A stretch of DNA of 64,000 nucleotides from an uncultured Spirochaetales bacterium (GTDB taxonomy: Bacteria > Spirochaetota > Spirochaetia > SZUA-6): positions 69,367 through 133,366 of the forward strand of contig CAZQTC010000023.1 in assembly GCA_964596425.1 (NCBI GenBank). Direction: 5' to 3'. Position numbers and translations under genes: made by a program. The notes under the pieces are model-generated. The model saw only the letters and a program-made list of their open reading frames with translations. It did not search any database and was not told where the DNA came from. Shown here one piece after another: positions 8,880 through 17,296 of this stretch; the stretch's first letter is position 1; every line of letters starts with the position of its first letter.

Positions 8880-10808
8880 ATGGGACTAACGCTTACGGAA
8901 AAGATAATTAAGAGACATCTAGTTTCTGGTGAAATGATTCCTGGTTCAGAAATTGGCATCAGAATAGATCAAACTTTAACACAGGACGCGACAGGCACTA
9001 TGGTGTATCTTCAGTTTGAATCGATGGGTATAGACAGAGTAAAAACGGAACTCTCTGTTTCGTACGTCGACCATAATATGTTGCAAACCGATTTTAGGAA
9101 TATGGATGATCATAGGTATCTCCAAAGTGTCGCTGCAAAGTATGGGATAATCTTTTCCAGACCTGGAAACGGTATATGTCATCAGGTTCATCTTGAACGA
9201 TTTGGAATTCCTGGGAAAACTCTTATCGGTTCTGATTCTCACACACCCACCGCGGGCGGGTTGGGTATGTTTGCCGTTGGTAGTGGAGGACTTGATGTTG
9301 CTGTTGCGATGGCTGGTAGCCCCTTTTACCTCACAATGCCGGAGATTATTGGGGTAAAACTAAGTGGAAGGTTAAATAATTACTGCTCTGCAAAGGATAT
9401 TATTCTTACGCTTCTCAAGTTGGAGAGTGTGAAGGGGGGGATTGGGAAGGTTTACGAGTATTTTGGGGATGGTGTTAGAAGCTTAAGTGTGCCGGAGCGG
9501 GCCACTATAACAAATATGGGGGCGGAGCTTGGGGCCACTACGTCGATTTTTCCATCGGATGAGGTAACCCGGGAATATCTCAAGGTACAGAGGCGTGAGA
9601 ATGTGTGGGAGGCGTTGAATGCAGACGAGGATGCTAACTACTCCAGAGTTATAGAGATAGATCTTTCCTCTATAGAGCCGATGGTTGCTATGCCCCATAT
9701 GCCGGATAATGTTGTGCCGGTAAGGGAGATTGAAGGTTTAAGGGTTGACCAGGTGGCTGTTGGTTCGTGTACCAATTCTTCTATAAATGATTTGGCCGTT
9801 GTTGCAGGTATACTTAGGGGGAAAACTATTGCGCCACATGTATCTCTTGGTGTATCCCCTGGTTCCAGACAGGCTTTGTTAACAGCTTCCAAACTCGGCA
9901 TTATATCCGATCTTATAGCGAGTGGTGCGAGAATTCTTGAAACTGCCTGTGGTCCCTGTATAGGGATGGGATTTGCCCCCAACTCCGGGGGGATTAGTGT
10001 AAGGACCTTTAACAGGAATTTTAAAGGGAGGAGTGGAACCAAAGATGCCAGTATATATCTCGTTTCCCCCGAGACAGCAGCGGCTGCTGGGCTAACAGGT
10101 AAGCTTGTAGATCCTAGAAAATTGGGCAAGTTGGAGAAGAGAGATTATCTTAAATCAATTGTGGTAGATGATTCTATGATAATATGGCCACCAGACGACC
10201 CTGGTGGTATTGAGGTTATACGGGGTCCCAATATAAAACCGGTTCCCAGGGGCAAACCCGTGGAGAGTAATTTTAGTGCAAAGGTTCTGATAAAGGTAGA
10301 GGATAATATAACTACGGATCATATAATGCCTGCAGGTGCTAGGATTTTGCCCTTTCGCTCTAACATTCCGGAGATCTCTAAGTTTGTGTTTAGTTCGATT
10401 GACCCGGAGTTTTATAAGCGCGCAATTGAGGCTGGCCGGGGTGTGATTATCGGAGGAGAAAACTATGGACAGGGTTCTTCCAGGGAACATGCGGCCTTGG
10501 CCCCGATGTATCTGGGGATTAAAGCGGTGATTGCCAAGAGCTTTGCGCGGATACATAGGGCAAACCTTGTGAATTTTGGGATTTTACCTTTAATTTTTAG
10601 AAATCCAAGGGACTACGATAGGATAGAACAGGGGGACGAGTTGGAGTTTAGAAGTGTACGTGAAAACTTAGCGGAGGGAAGGCCTCTGGTTGTTAGGGTG
10701 AGGAACAGAGAAGTAGATATAGAACTTGAGTGTAATTTACAGAAAAGATTTTTAAATATACTTCTTGAGGGGGGATTGTTGAGGTATACTGTGAGGAACC
10801 TGGGCTAA
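8880..10808 (+). CDS. Aconitase-family hydratase, a 642-aa single-chain form with catalytic and swivel domains.
   Basis: Fe-S ligand motifs 'GSCTNSSINDL' and 'CGPCIGMG', and a C-terminal LeuD-like 'GGENYGQGSSREHAA'. Strong SD before the ATG. Confidence 0.8.
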   Translation: MGLTLTEKIIKRHLVSGEMIPGSEIGIRIDQTLTQDATGTMVYLQFESMGIDRVKTELSVSYVDHNMLQTDFRNMDDHRYLQSVAAKYGIIFSRPGNGICHQVHLERFGIPGKTLIGSDSHTPTAGGLGMFAVGSGGLDVAVAMAGSPFYLTMPEIIGVKLSGRLNNYCSAKDIILTLLKLESVKGGIGKVYEYFGDGVRSLSVPERATITNMGAELGATTSIFPSDEVTREYLKVQRRENVWEALNADEDANYSRVIEIDLSSIEPMVAMPHMPDNVVPVREIEGLRVDQVAVGSCTNSSINDLAVVAGILRGKTIAPHVSLGVSPGSRQALLTASKLGIISDLIASGARILETACGPCIGMGFAPNSGGISVRTFNRNFKGRSGTKDASIYLVSPETAAAAGLTGKLVDPRKLGKLEKRDYLKSIVVDDSMIIWPPDDPGGIEVIRGPNIKPVPRGKPVESNFSAKVLIKVEDNITTDHIMPAGARILPFRSNIPEISKFVFSSIDPEFYKRAIEAGRGVIIGGENYGQGSSREHAALAPMYLGIKAVIAKSFARIHRANLVNFGILPLIFRNPRDYDRIEQGDELEFRSVRENLAEGRPLVVRVRNREVDIELECNLQKRFLNILLEGGLLRYTVRNLG

Positions 10809-10850
10809 AAAATCACAATGTAATGCAAATGTAGGTGGTGGAACACGGTA

Positions 10851-12134
10851 TTGAAGAGAGAGGTATTAAATCATCTAAATAATGAGTATACTGAGCCTGT
10901 ACGAGATCCCGTGTGGAGAAATATCTATCTTTCCAGGGGACTTCTTCGTTTGCTAAATGAAGAACCGTGTCAAAAGTTGAATCGAATAAAGCAACTTGGA
11001 CCTGCCCATCTTGTGTATCCCGGTGCTACACATACAAGATTAAATCATAGCTTGGGTGTTTTTGGTATTGCCGTTAGGTTAATCAGGCATCTTTTAAACT
11101 ATTTTCCACCTAATAGGTTGGATGTTGAGGATGTAAAGGCCTTTGTTACTGCCGCTCTGCTTCATGATTTAGGACACTATCCTTACGCTCATTCTTTGAA
11201 AGATCTGGATGTAAGGAGCCACGAATCTCTTACGGCGGAGATAATTTGTAACGAACCCTTTTCCAGATGGTTGAGGGAATATGTTGGAGTAGAGGCTACG
11301 TATGTCGCTGCAATAATTGATAGGAATTTGAGTGAAGGAAGATTTGAGAACCTTGGATTTTTTAGAAACCTTCTCTCCGGGGTCTTAGATCCTGATAAAC
11401 TTGATTATCTGAGTCGTGATGCTTATTTTTGTGGGGTTCCCTACGGGATTCAGGATGTGGATTTTGTACTTGGGGAGATAAGACCACATGGAATTGATAG
11501 ATTTGCCGTTACCGAAAAGGGACTAACCTCTGTGGAAAGTGTGTTATTCTCAAAGTATCTAATGTACAAGACGGTATATTGGCATAAAACGGTTCGTGTA
11601 GCGACGGCAATGGTAAAAAAAGCCCTTCTTCTTGGGATTGAGTCGGGTGAGATTAGAAAGAAGGACCTGTACGGTTTGGATGATGAGGAATTTTTTCGCC
11701 TCTTTGATCGCTCGAGGTATTCGGGATTTGGTATTATAACGGATGTACTTAATAGAAAACTGTTTAAAACTGTTTTTTCTATACCCTTTGATGAGAGAAA
11801 TAAATTTCATAGGGCTCTTGTTGGGTTGGAGAATAGGTTAAAAGAGGAAAGGGAGATACTTAGAGAGGTCTACAAACTAACCGGAAAACACTACAGGGAT
11901 GAGGATGTTATTATTGATATCCCCGAGCCCATTTCTTTCGAGGTAGAGCTCCCGGTTGTTAAGAGAGATGGGAATGTTGTTGATTTTAAACACTCCTCCT
12001 CTGTTTTTACCGGTGATGTTGTTGGTAAATTTGTTTCTTCTCTAAGATCTGTGTCTGTTATAGTACGGCGGGATAGAGAGCTAATGGAGTCGGTGTTGGA
12101 AATTAGTAAGGATAGGTTTCTCGATGTGCATTAA
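10851..12134 (+). CDS. HD-domain phosphohydrolase, dGTPase-like (COG1078).
   Basis: Motifs 'RLNHSLGV' and 'LLHDLGHYPYAHS'. TTG start after GGTGG. Confidence 0.75.
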   Translation: MKREVLNHLNNEYTEPVRDPVWRNIYLSRGLLRLLNEEPCQKLNRIKQLGPAHLVYPGATHTRLNHSLGVFGIAVRLIRHLLNYFPPNRLDVEDVKAFVTAALLHDLGHYPYAHSLKDLDVRSHESLTAEIICNEPFSRWLREYVGVEATYVAAIIDRNLSEGRFENLGFFRNLLSGVLDPDKLDYLSRDAYFCGVPYGIQDVDFVLGEIRPHGIDRFAVTEKGLTSVESVLFSKYLMYKTVYWHKTVRVATAMVKKALLLGIESGEIRKKDLYGLDDEEFFRLFDRSRYSGFGIITDVLNRKLFKTVFSIPFDERNKFHRALVGLENRLKEEREILREVYKLTGKHYRDEDVIIDIPEPISFEVELPVVKRDGNVVDFKHSSSVFTGDVVGKFVSSLRSVSVIVRRDRELMESVLEISKDRFLDVH

Positions 12135-12894
12135 CGGTGTTTACCTTAATCCCAGAGATAAGAGACGATTTAGTGTTTTTGCCAAGCATGTGGGACGGGG
12201 TATAAACAGATTTAATATGATCGAAGAAGGAGACAGAATACTAATTGCTGTATCCGGGGGGAAGGATTCTCTCGCCCTTGCCGCTGCGCTTGCCGAGAGA
12301 AGAAAATGGGTTCCTATAAAGTATAGCCTTAGTGCAATGCAGATAGAGTGGAGGGAGTTTCCTTTGAAGGATGGTGAAAGAAGAGCCATCGATCGTTACT
12401 TTGAAAGTTTGAGGATTCCTCTCTATAGAGTAAAAGCTAAGATATTTCCAGATAGTTATGAGAAAGAGTTTAACTGTTATATATGTTCGAGGAATAGAAA
12501 GCGGATTATCTTTAGCGAGGCTGAAAAGTTTGGTATTAAAAAAATTGCTCTTGGACACCACATGGATGATATTGTAGAGACAACCTTGATAAATCTACTC
12601 TTTAGAGGGGAGTTTTCTACAATGATGCCGGTGCAGGAGTTTTTTGGCGGAAGGATGAAGATAATCAGACCAATGTGTGAGGTGAAAGAGGGCGAGATAG
12701 ATAGAATTGCCACAATATTAAAACTTCCTGTTGTGCCTGTACGTTGTCCCAAAATGGGTATTAATGAGAGAAATTTTATTAGAAGTATTATTAGGGAGAT
12801 AGAGCGTAAGAATAAAAGGGTAAAGGAGAACATTTATCAAGCCCCGTGGAATATAAAGAAGGAATATTTACCTCTTTACTTGAATGAAGAGTAA
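12124..12894 (+). CDS. ttcA: tRNA 2-thiocytidine(32) synthetase TtcA (PP-loop ATPase).
   Basis: 'FNMIEEGDRILIAVSGGKDS' is near-identical to the E. coli TtcA N-terminus. CxxC motifs 'CYIC' and 'CPKMG' are present. Confidence 0.85.
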   Translation: MCINGVYLNPRDKRRFSVFAKHVGRGINRFNMIEEGDRILIAVSGGKDSLALAAALAERRKWVPIKYSLSAMQIEWREFPLKDGERRAIDRYFESLRIPLYRVKAKIFPDSYEKEFNCYICSRNRKRIIFSEAEKFGIKKIALGHHMDDIVETTLINLLFRGEFSTMMPVQEFFGGRMKIIRPMCEVKEGEIDRIATILKLPVVPVRCPKMGINERNFIRSIIREIERKNKRVKENIYQAPWNIKKEYLPLYLNEE

Positions 12895-12915
12895 TTCTGG
12901 AATAGAGTATAAGAA

Positions 12916-13650
12916 ATGGTCTATGGTATAATTAGTGATATTCACAGTAACTTCGATGCCTTTAGGGTTGTTTATAATAAATTGAGTGCGTTGAATGTTG
13001 ATAAGGTGATCTGTCTCGGTGACATTGTTGGATATAATGCAGAGCCGGATAGGTGTGTTGATAGGGTATTTAGAATATCAGATTATATTGTTCGTGGGAA
13101 TCATGATAAAGCTGTTGCTGGGCTTACCGATATTGCCTATTTTAATGAAGTTGCTAGAGATGCTGTTATTTGGACAAGAAAGAATATTAGTGAAGCAAAT
13201 CTGGAGAGATTGAAGAGAATTAAAAAGGGTCCCCTTCTGATCGAGGATAGATATGTAATCTGTCATGGTTCTCCCGTAGATGAAGATACCTATATTTTCA
13301 CCGAGAGATTGGTAAAAGAGGCTTTTGACCACCTTAGTGAACATTTCCCAAAGGCTAACATTTGTTTTTTTGGTCATACCCATGTTCCCCTTGTCTATGA
13401 GGAGGGAGTGGGGGTGTTGGGGCCAGGCTCGACTTTTGTGCTTAAAGAAAATAAGAGATACCTTATAAACCCGGGCTCGGTTGGTCAGCCCCGGGATGGG
13501 ATTAATAAGTCTTCTTTTGGGGTGTTTGATGATACTACTTTAACTTTTACACTCTTTCGTATAGATTATCCCATAGAGAAGACAAAAGAAAAAGTGATTA
13601 ATGCTGGATTGCCTCCCATGTTAGCATCCAGACTTGACTCAGGTTATTAG
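12916..13650 (+). CDS. Calcineurin-like metallophosphoesterase.
   Basis: Motifs 'GDIVGYNAEPD', 'GNHD' and 'GHTH'. Confidence 0.75.
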   Translation: MVYGIISDIHSNFDAFRVVYNKLSALNVDKVICLGDIVGYNAEPDRCVDRVFRISDYIVRGNHDKAVAGLTDIAYFNEVARDAVIWTRKNISEANLERLKRIKKGPLLIEDRYVICHGSPVDEDTYIFTERLVKEAFDHLSEHFPKANICFFGHTHVPLVYEEGVGVLGPGSTFVLKENKRYLINPGSVGQPRDGINKSSFGVFDDTTLTFTLFRIDYPIEKTKEKVINAGLPPMLASRLDSGY

Positions 13651-13666
13651 TTTTAGGAAGGTGATT

Positions 13667-14098
13667 ATGAAGTATTCGAAAATAATGGAAGAGCGAATAA
13701 GGAGGGTTAGGGTTTTATTTAAAGAGTTGGGGTATAAGGTTTTTAATGCTGAATCTTCCGAGGATGTTTATTCGGCAGGTTTTGAAAGAGAAAATGGTCT
13801 GCAGGGTGGTTTTTTTATCGATAGTGAGAGTAAATTTCTAGAGCTGACCTATACATTCTCTTTTCCAGTTTCTATGTCCGAGTTTTTGAAGAAACATCTG
13901 GAGGAGATGATAAAGATATGTTACGAGTATGGCTGTTATATAAATATACTGAGTGAGGAAAACAGTATAAATTTTTCTGTTTTTACAAAGATTTACTTTG
14001 CAGGTTTGAACTACTATTCTCTCAGGGATTCTCTAAAGGACTTTAATGAGTGTGTTGAGGTATTGACTGATCTGTTGGTTATAAAGAAGAATAGTTAG
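13667..14098 (+). CDS. Hypothetical protein.
   Basis: ATG at 13667 is preceded by AGGAAGGTG. No recognised motif. Confidence 0.4.
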   Translation: MKYSKIMEERIRRVRVLFKELGYKVFNAESSEDVYSAGFERENGLQGGFFIDSESKFLELTYTFSFPVSMSEFLKKHLEEMIKICYEYGCYINILSEENSINFSVFTKIYFAGLNYYSLRDSLKDFNECVEVLTDLLVIKKNS

Positions 14099-14114
14099 GG
14101 GGAGGAGGTTGCAT

Positions 14115-14810
14115 ATGCGAATACACAATATTATGGAGGATATTGTTTTAAAGGTTGTTAATGAGATATTTGATGATGAGGAGGCAAAGAAAAATATTAA
14201 TTTCTGTACCTGTCATCAGTGCAGATTGGATACGGCGTGTTATGTGCTAAATAAGATTCCCCCTATGTATACGGTTTCTGGAAGGGGTTTGGCCCATGTA
14301 GAGGCTGATTATCAAGAGAAGGTACAGAGAGAAGCGGATATTATTGCTCTTGTGAAGGAGGGCATAGAGCATATATCTAAGACAAAACGTCCCCATTTTC
14401 CTCATAATGATGAGGCAGAGGAGGAAAAAATTCCAGAGGGACCCTTCTTTAACTTCCCTCAGATAGTAGGGAGAATATACAACAGTGTAAATTTTGAGCC
14501 CATATGTGGGATTAATGTTTCGCTTTTTTTTGATGGTAAACTAATGAAAATGGTTAATCCAAATTGGCAAAATCCCTACGAAATTGTTCCTAATACAACC
14601 GGGGTCTATTCCTTTTGGCCCTATCCTGTGAGAGCCGATGCCAGGGGCCTGAAGAAGAAATTTGAGCTAGAGATAGCTGTGGATGATCCCAGGTATGAAC
14701 CTTTGCGTCACTTTGTTGAGTTTGAATTGGAATCGGAGGATGGTTTTTTGACCTACTTTACCGGGGAACGGATATATAATGTAAAGGATTTGTATATTGT
14801 GCCCCTTTAA
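14115..14810 (+). CDS. ComFB-domain protein (late competence development ComFB family; a putative cyclic-dinucleotide binder).
   Basis: N-terminal 'CTCHQCRLDTACYVLNKIPPMY', a four-Cys ComFB-type signature. ATG at 14115 lies after GGAGGAGG. Confidence 0.55.
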   Translation: MRIHNIMEDIVLKVVNEIFDDEEAKKNINFCTCHQCRLDTACYVLNKIPPMYTVSGRGLAHVEADYQEKVQREADIIALVKEGIEHISKTKRPHFPHNDEAEEEKIPEGPFFNFPQIVGRIYNSVNFEPICGINVSLFFDGKLMKMVNPNWQNPYEIVPNTTGVYSFWPYPVRADARGLKKKFELEIAVDDPRYEPLRHFVEFELESEDGFLTYFTGERIYNVKDLYIVPL

Positions 14811-14811
14811 T

Positions 14812-15099
14812 TTAGTACTGCTCTGAGAATATCTTGGTGTCTACCAGGTAGCCGGGGATATTATCCTCTACAAATTGAAGAGCTTTGTGCAGGATAGATT
14901 CGCCGTGTTGTTTGGAGTTTGATACGATAACGGCTGCTATGTGGGCAGTGCGTATTGAGTCTTGGTTATCAACCTCTGCCACTGATAGTTTGTACCTCTG
15001 TATTAACCTATCTTTTATTGATTTTACTATTCGCCTCTTGTCTTTTAATGAATTTGCTCCGGGTATTTCTATAATGAACTGAATGACCGAAATTACCAA
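14812..15099 (-). CDS. DUF503 (YlxP-like) protein.
   Basis: A 95-aa protein with 'IEIPGANSLKDKRRIVKSIKDRL', characteristic of DUF503. Confidence 0.6.
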   Translation of the reverse strand: MVISVIQFIIEIPGANSLKDKRRIVKSIKDRLIQRYKLSVAEVDNQDSIRTAHIAAVIVSNSKQHGESILHKALQFVEDNIPGYLVDTKIFSEQY

Positions 15100-15132
15100 T
15101 TTTCCTGACCTTTTAGGATTTGTTTGATATTT

Positions 15133-16284
15133 TTACGTTGATTTTTCTTTTTTTTCTGGAAGCATCTCTTGAATATCACTCATTGTTAAATCTAAGGCCG
15201 GTTTTTCTCCTTCCATCATACACCTATCCTTTAGTGGGAGAAATACTTCATTGTAGAGTTTTGCTACCTTGAATACCTCATCCTCCCTGTAAGCCGAGGG
15301 TATCTTAACCTCAAGATTGTAATCCCTTTCGCTCATTCCGCGTTCAATAACTCGCAGGGGGTCGGTTACCGTGATTGCAAAATGGGGGCTGTAAAATATT
15401 AGAAAGACAACTACCGTTAGAAGTACCACAATGAAAAAGAGTATGTTCTGAAGGGAGTTTTGAATGGATACGATTCTTGAGTCAAAGAATAACTCCAGTC
15501 CGTTTTTAGAGAAATAGCTGTAATCTCCAGGGCCAAAGTTTTCTCTGTAATAACCATTTTTGTATCTGCTGTAGATCGTTTTACCGTCTTTTTTGACGAT
15601 TAAAAGGTTTGTATCGTATTTATCGAGTTGTTGAATTGTGAAGGTCAGTTGTTTTTCCGTTTTCTCTGCTTTAACCAGTATGTTAGCTGTTCTCAACTCC
15701 CTTTGGTAAAGATTTGTAGCTATACCGGGAAGCCTAAAACCAAGTGAGGTTAATGTTATCAGAAACAACGAGAAAACAACAACCGTAATACTTAAAGTTG
15801 TTATATTGGCAATGTGTCGTTGAGCCATTTTGGAGTCAACGTATCTAATATTTCTAAAGAGTTTTATTATTCTCAAGAATCTTAAGATCCTTGCTATTCT
15901 TATTGCCTTTATCACTTTAAGCACATTGAATATACCGCTGATGTTTACCATAGTGGAACCTTTTAGAATTATGGCGAGGAGGGTGGGACCTGAGTTGAAC
16001 ATGAGCAGAGGGATCGAAGCCAGGAAATCTATCCAACCCCTTCCCCGGGTGAGGTACTCCATCGTCCTTCTATTTACTATTGCATAGTAGAGACGTACCA
16101 AGAATTCAATTGTGAAAAAGAGATCGAAACAAAAACTGGAGATCGAGAGTTTTGTTCTCGCCATCATACTCCATCCCGATACAACGGCAAAGTCCTCTAA
16201 AAATGTCTGAATGAGAGAGAGCAGTATAACAACGATAACCACTGCTTCAAGAAACGCAACGATTTTATTTCTGTTATCTTCCAT
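15133..16284 (-). CDS. Ion-transport / voltage-sensor-domain membrane protein with an extracytoplasmic domain and no recognisable pore.
   Basis: S4-like 'RIARILRFLRIIKLFRNIR' (Arg every third residue) preceded by three TM helices. No selectivity filter (no GYG/TxGYG) follows. ATG at 16284 follows AGGGGGA. Confidence 0.55.
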   Translation of the reverse strand: MEDNRNKIVAFLEAVVIVVILLSLIQTFLEDFAVVSGWSMMARTKLSISSFCFDLFFTIEFLVRLYYAIVNRRTMEYLTRGRGWIDFLASIPLLMFNSGPTLLAIILKGSTMVNISGIFNVLKVIKAIRIARILRFLRIIKLFRNIRYVDSKMAQRHIANITTLSITVVVFSLFLITLTSLGFRLPGIATNLYQRELRTANILVKAEKTEKQLTFTIQQLDKYDTNLLIVKKDGKTIYSRYKNGYYRENFGPGDYSYFSKNGLELFFDSRIVSIQNSLQNILFFIVVLLTVVVFLIFYSPHFAITVTDPLRVIERGMSERDYNLEVKIPSAYREDEVFKVAKLYNEVFLPLKDRCMMEGEKPALDLTMSDIQEMLPEKKEKST

Positions 16285-16292
16285 ATTTCCCC

Positions 16293-17249
16293 CTACCACC
16301 CGTTTTCAGCGGCAATTTTATACAGTTCATCCAACATATTAATATCAAAACCATAGAATTTATAGTTTCTTCTTGCAATATTAAACCAGCTTTTGTCAGG
16401 GGTATCGGCCCCTCTTTCAATCTTTTTTATCTCCATGTAGTTTTTCCCCCTTGCAGAAAATATAGCGGCAAGTCTTGCCGTTGCCTCTATGGATTTGTTC
16501 TCGATAAAGGAGAGGTTACTGTTTAAAGCGCTTTTTAAAAGTGCAGGGGAGGTGTGTTTTAGCTGGTTGGCAAGAATAGTAAATGCCTTTTCTACAAACT
16601 GGGGGTGTACTACTCCAGACTGAATTCCCTCCATCTCTGTAGCATTGTCTACGGTTAAGAGATGTATGGCAACCTTCAATAAGAGGGAAGCCTTGGTAAA
16701 GTTTTTGATTTCTTCTTTGCTCATTGTAAGTTTTTGAACTTTGGTGAGTTCAAAGTAGATATATTCCTTCCTCTCGAAAGATTCATCAATATATCTATCT
16801 GTCAGATTGAGAGAGAGGGAATTAAACGGACCTACGAAGGAACGTCTTGCCTCCAGCTTTATGAATAGACGTTTTAAAAAGGTGAAAATTTCTTCTCTAA
16901 TCGCGGGGAAGTCCCAACTTCTATTCTCCAAAAAACTCAAGAAACCGAAATCGATCGTTTCCTTTATTATCCGTTCGAGTCTTGGAAAAAGAATGGAATT
17001 GCTTTCCTCTATTAATGATTTGAGCAAAAGTTTCCATATGTAATCCCAGTTTTTCCCGTAGAAGAAGTTTTGAGAGGAGAGGGTAGGGTAAAGCTGGTTT
17101 GCATTTAGCTTGAGAAATTGAATTATCTGTTCTTCCCTCTGGAGTATGGGAAATTTGCTTAGGGCGGGGTTTGCCATCAGTCTCTTTATGAAAGCATTTG
17201 CCTTTTCCCGGTCAGTATTCATCAATTTATTATCGGATTTCTCCATCAT
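16293..17249 (-). CDS. Hypothetical protein.
   Basis: A long ORF in an operon with the downstream ion-transport gene. No motif recognised. Confidence 0.4.
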   Translation of the reverse strand: MMEKSDNKLMNTDREKANAFIKRLMANPALSKFPILQREEQIIQFLKLNANQLYPTLSSQNFFYGKNWDYIWKLLLKSLIEESNSILFPRLERIIKETIDFGFLSFLENRSWDFPAIREEIFTFLKRLFIKLEARRSFVGPFNSLSLNLTDRYIDESFERKEYIYFELTKVQKLTMSKEEIKNFTKASLLLKVAIHLLTVDNATEMEGIQSGVVHPQFVEKAFTILANQLKHTSPALLKSALNSNLSFIENKSIEATARLAAIFSARGKNYMEIKKIERGADTPDKSWFNIARRNYKFYGFDINMLDELYKIAAENGW

Positions 17250-17296
17250 TTACATAAACTCACTTTTTCCGTTATTATTAACACATTATTGACGAA

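Noticed and set aside
9483-10556. Minus-strand ORFs of 71, 163 and 133 aa inside the aconitase gene.
   Set aside because: They are wholly antisense to a well-supported, motif-bearing CDS. Their products are low-complexity with no SD. Shadow ORFs are typical in GC-skewed codon-position frames.
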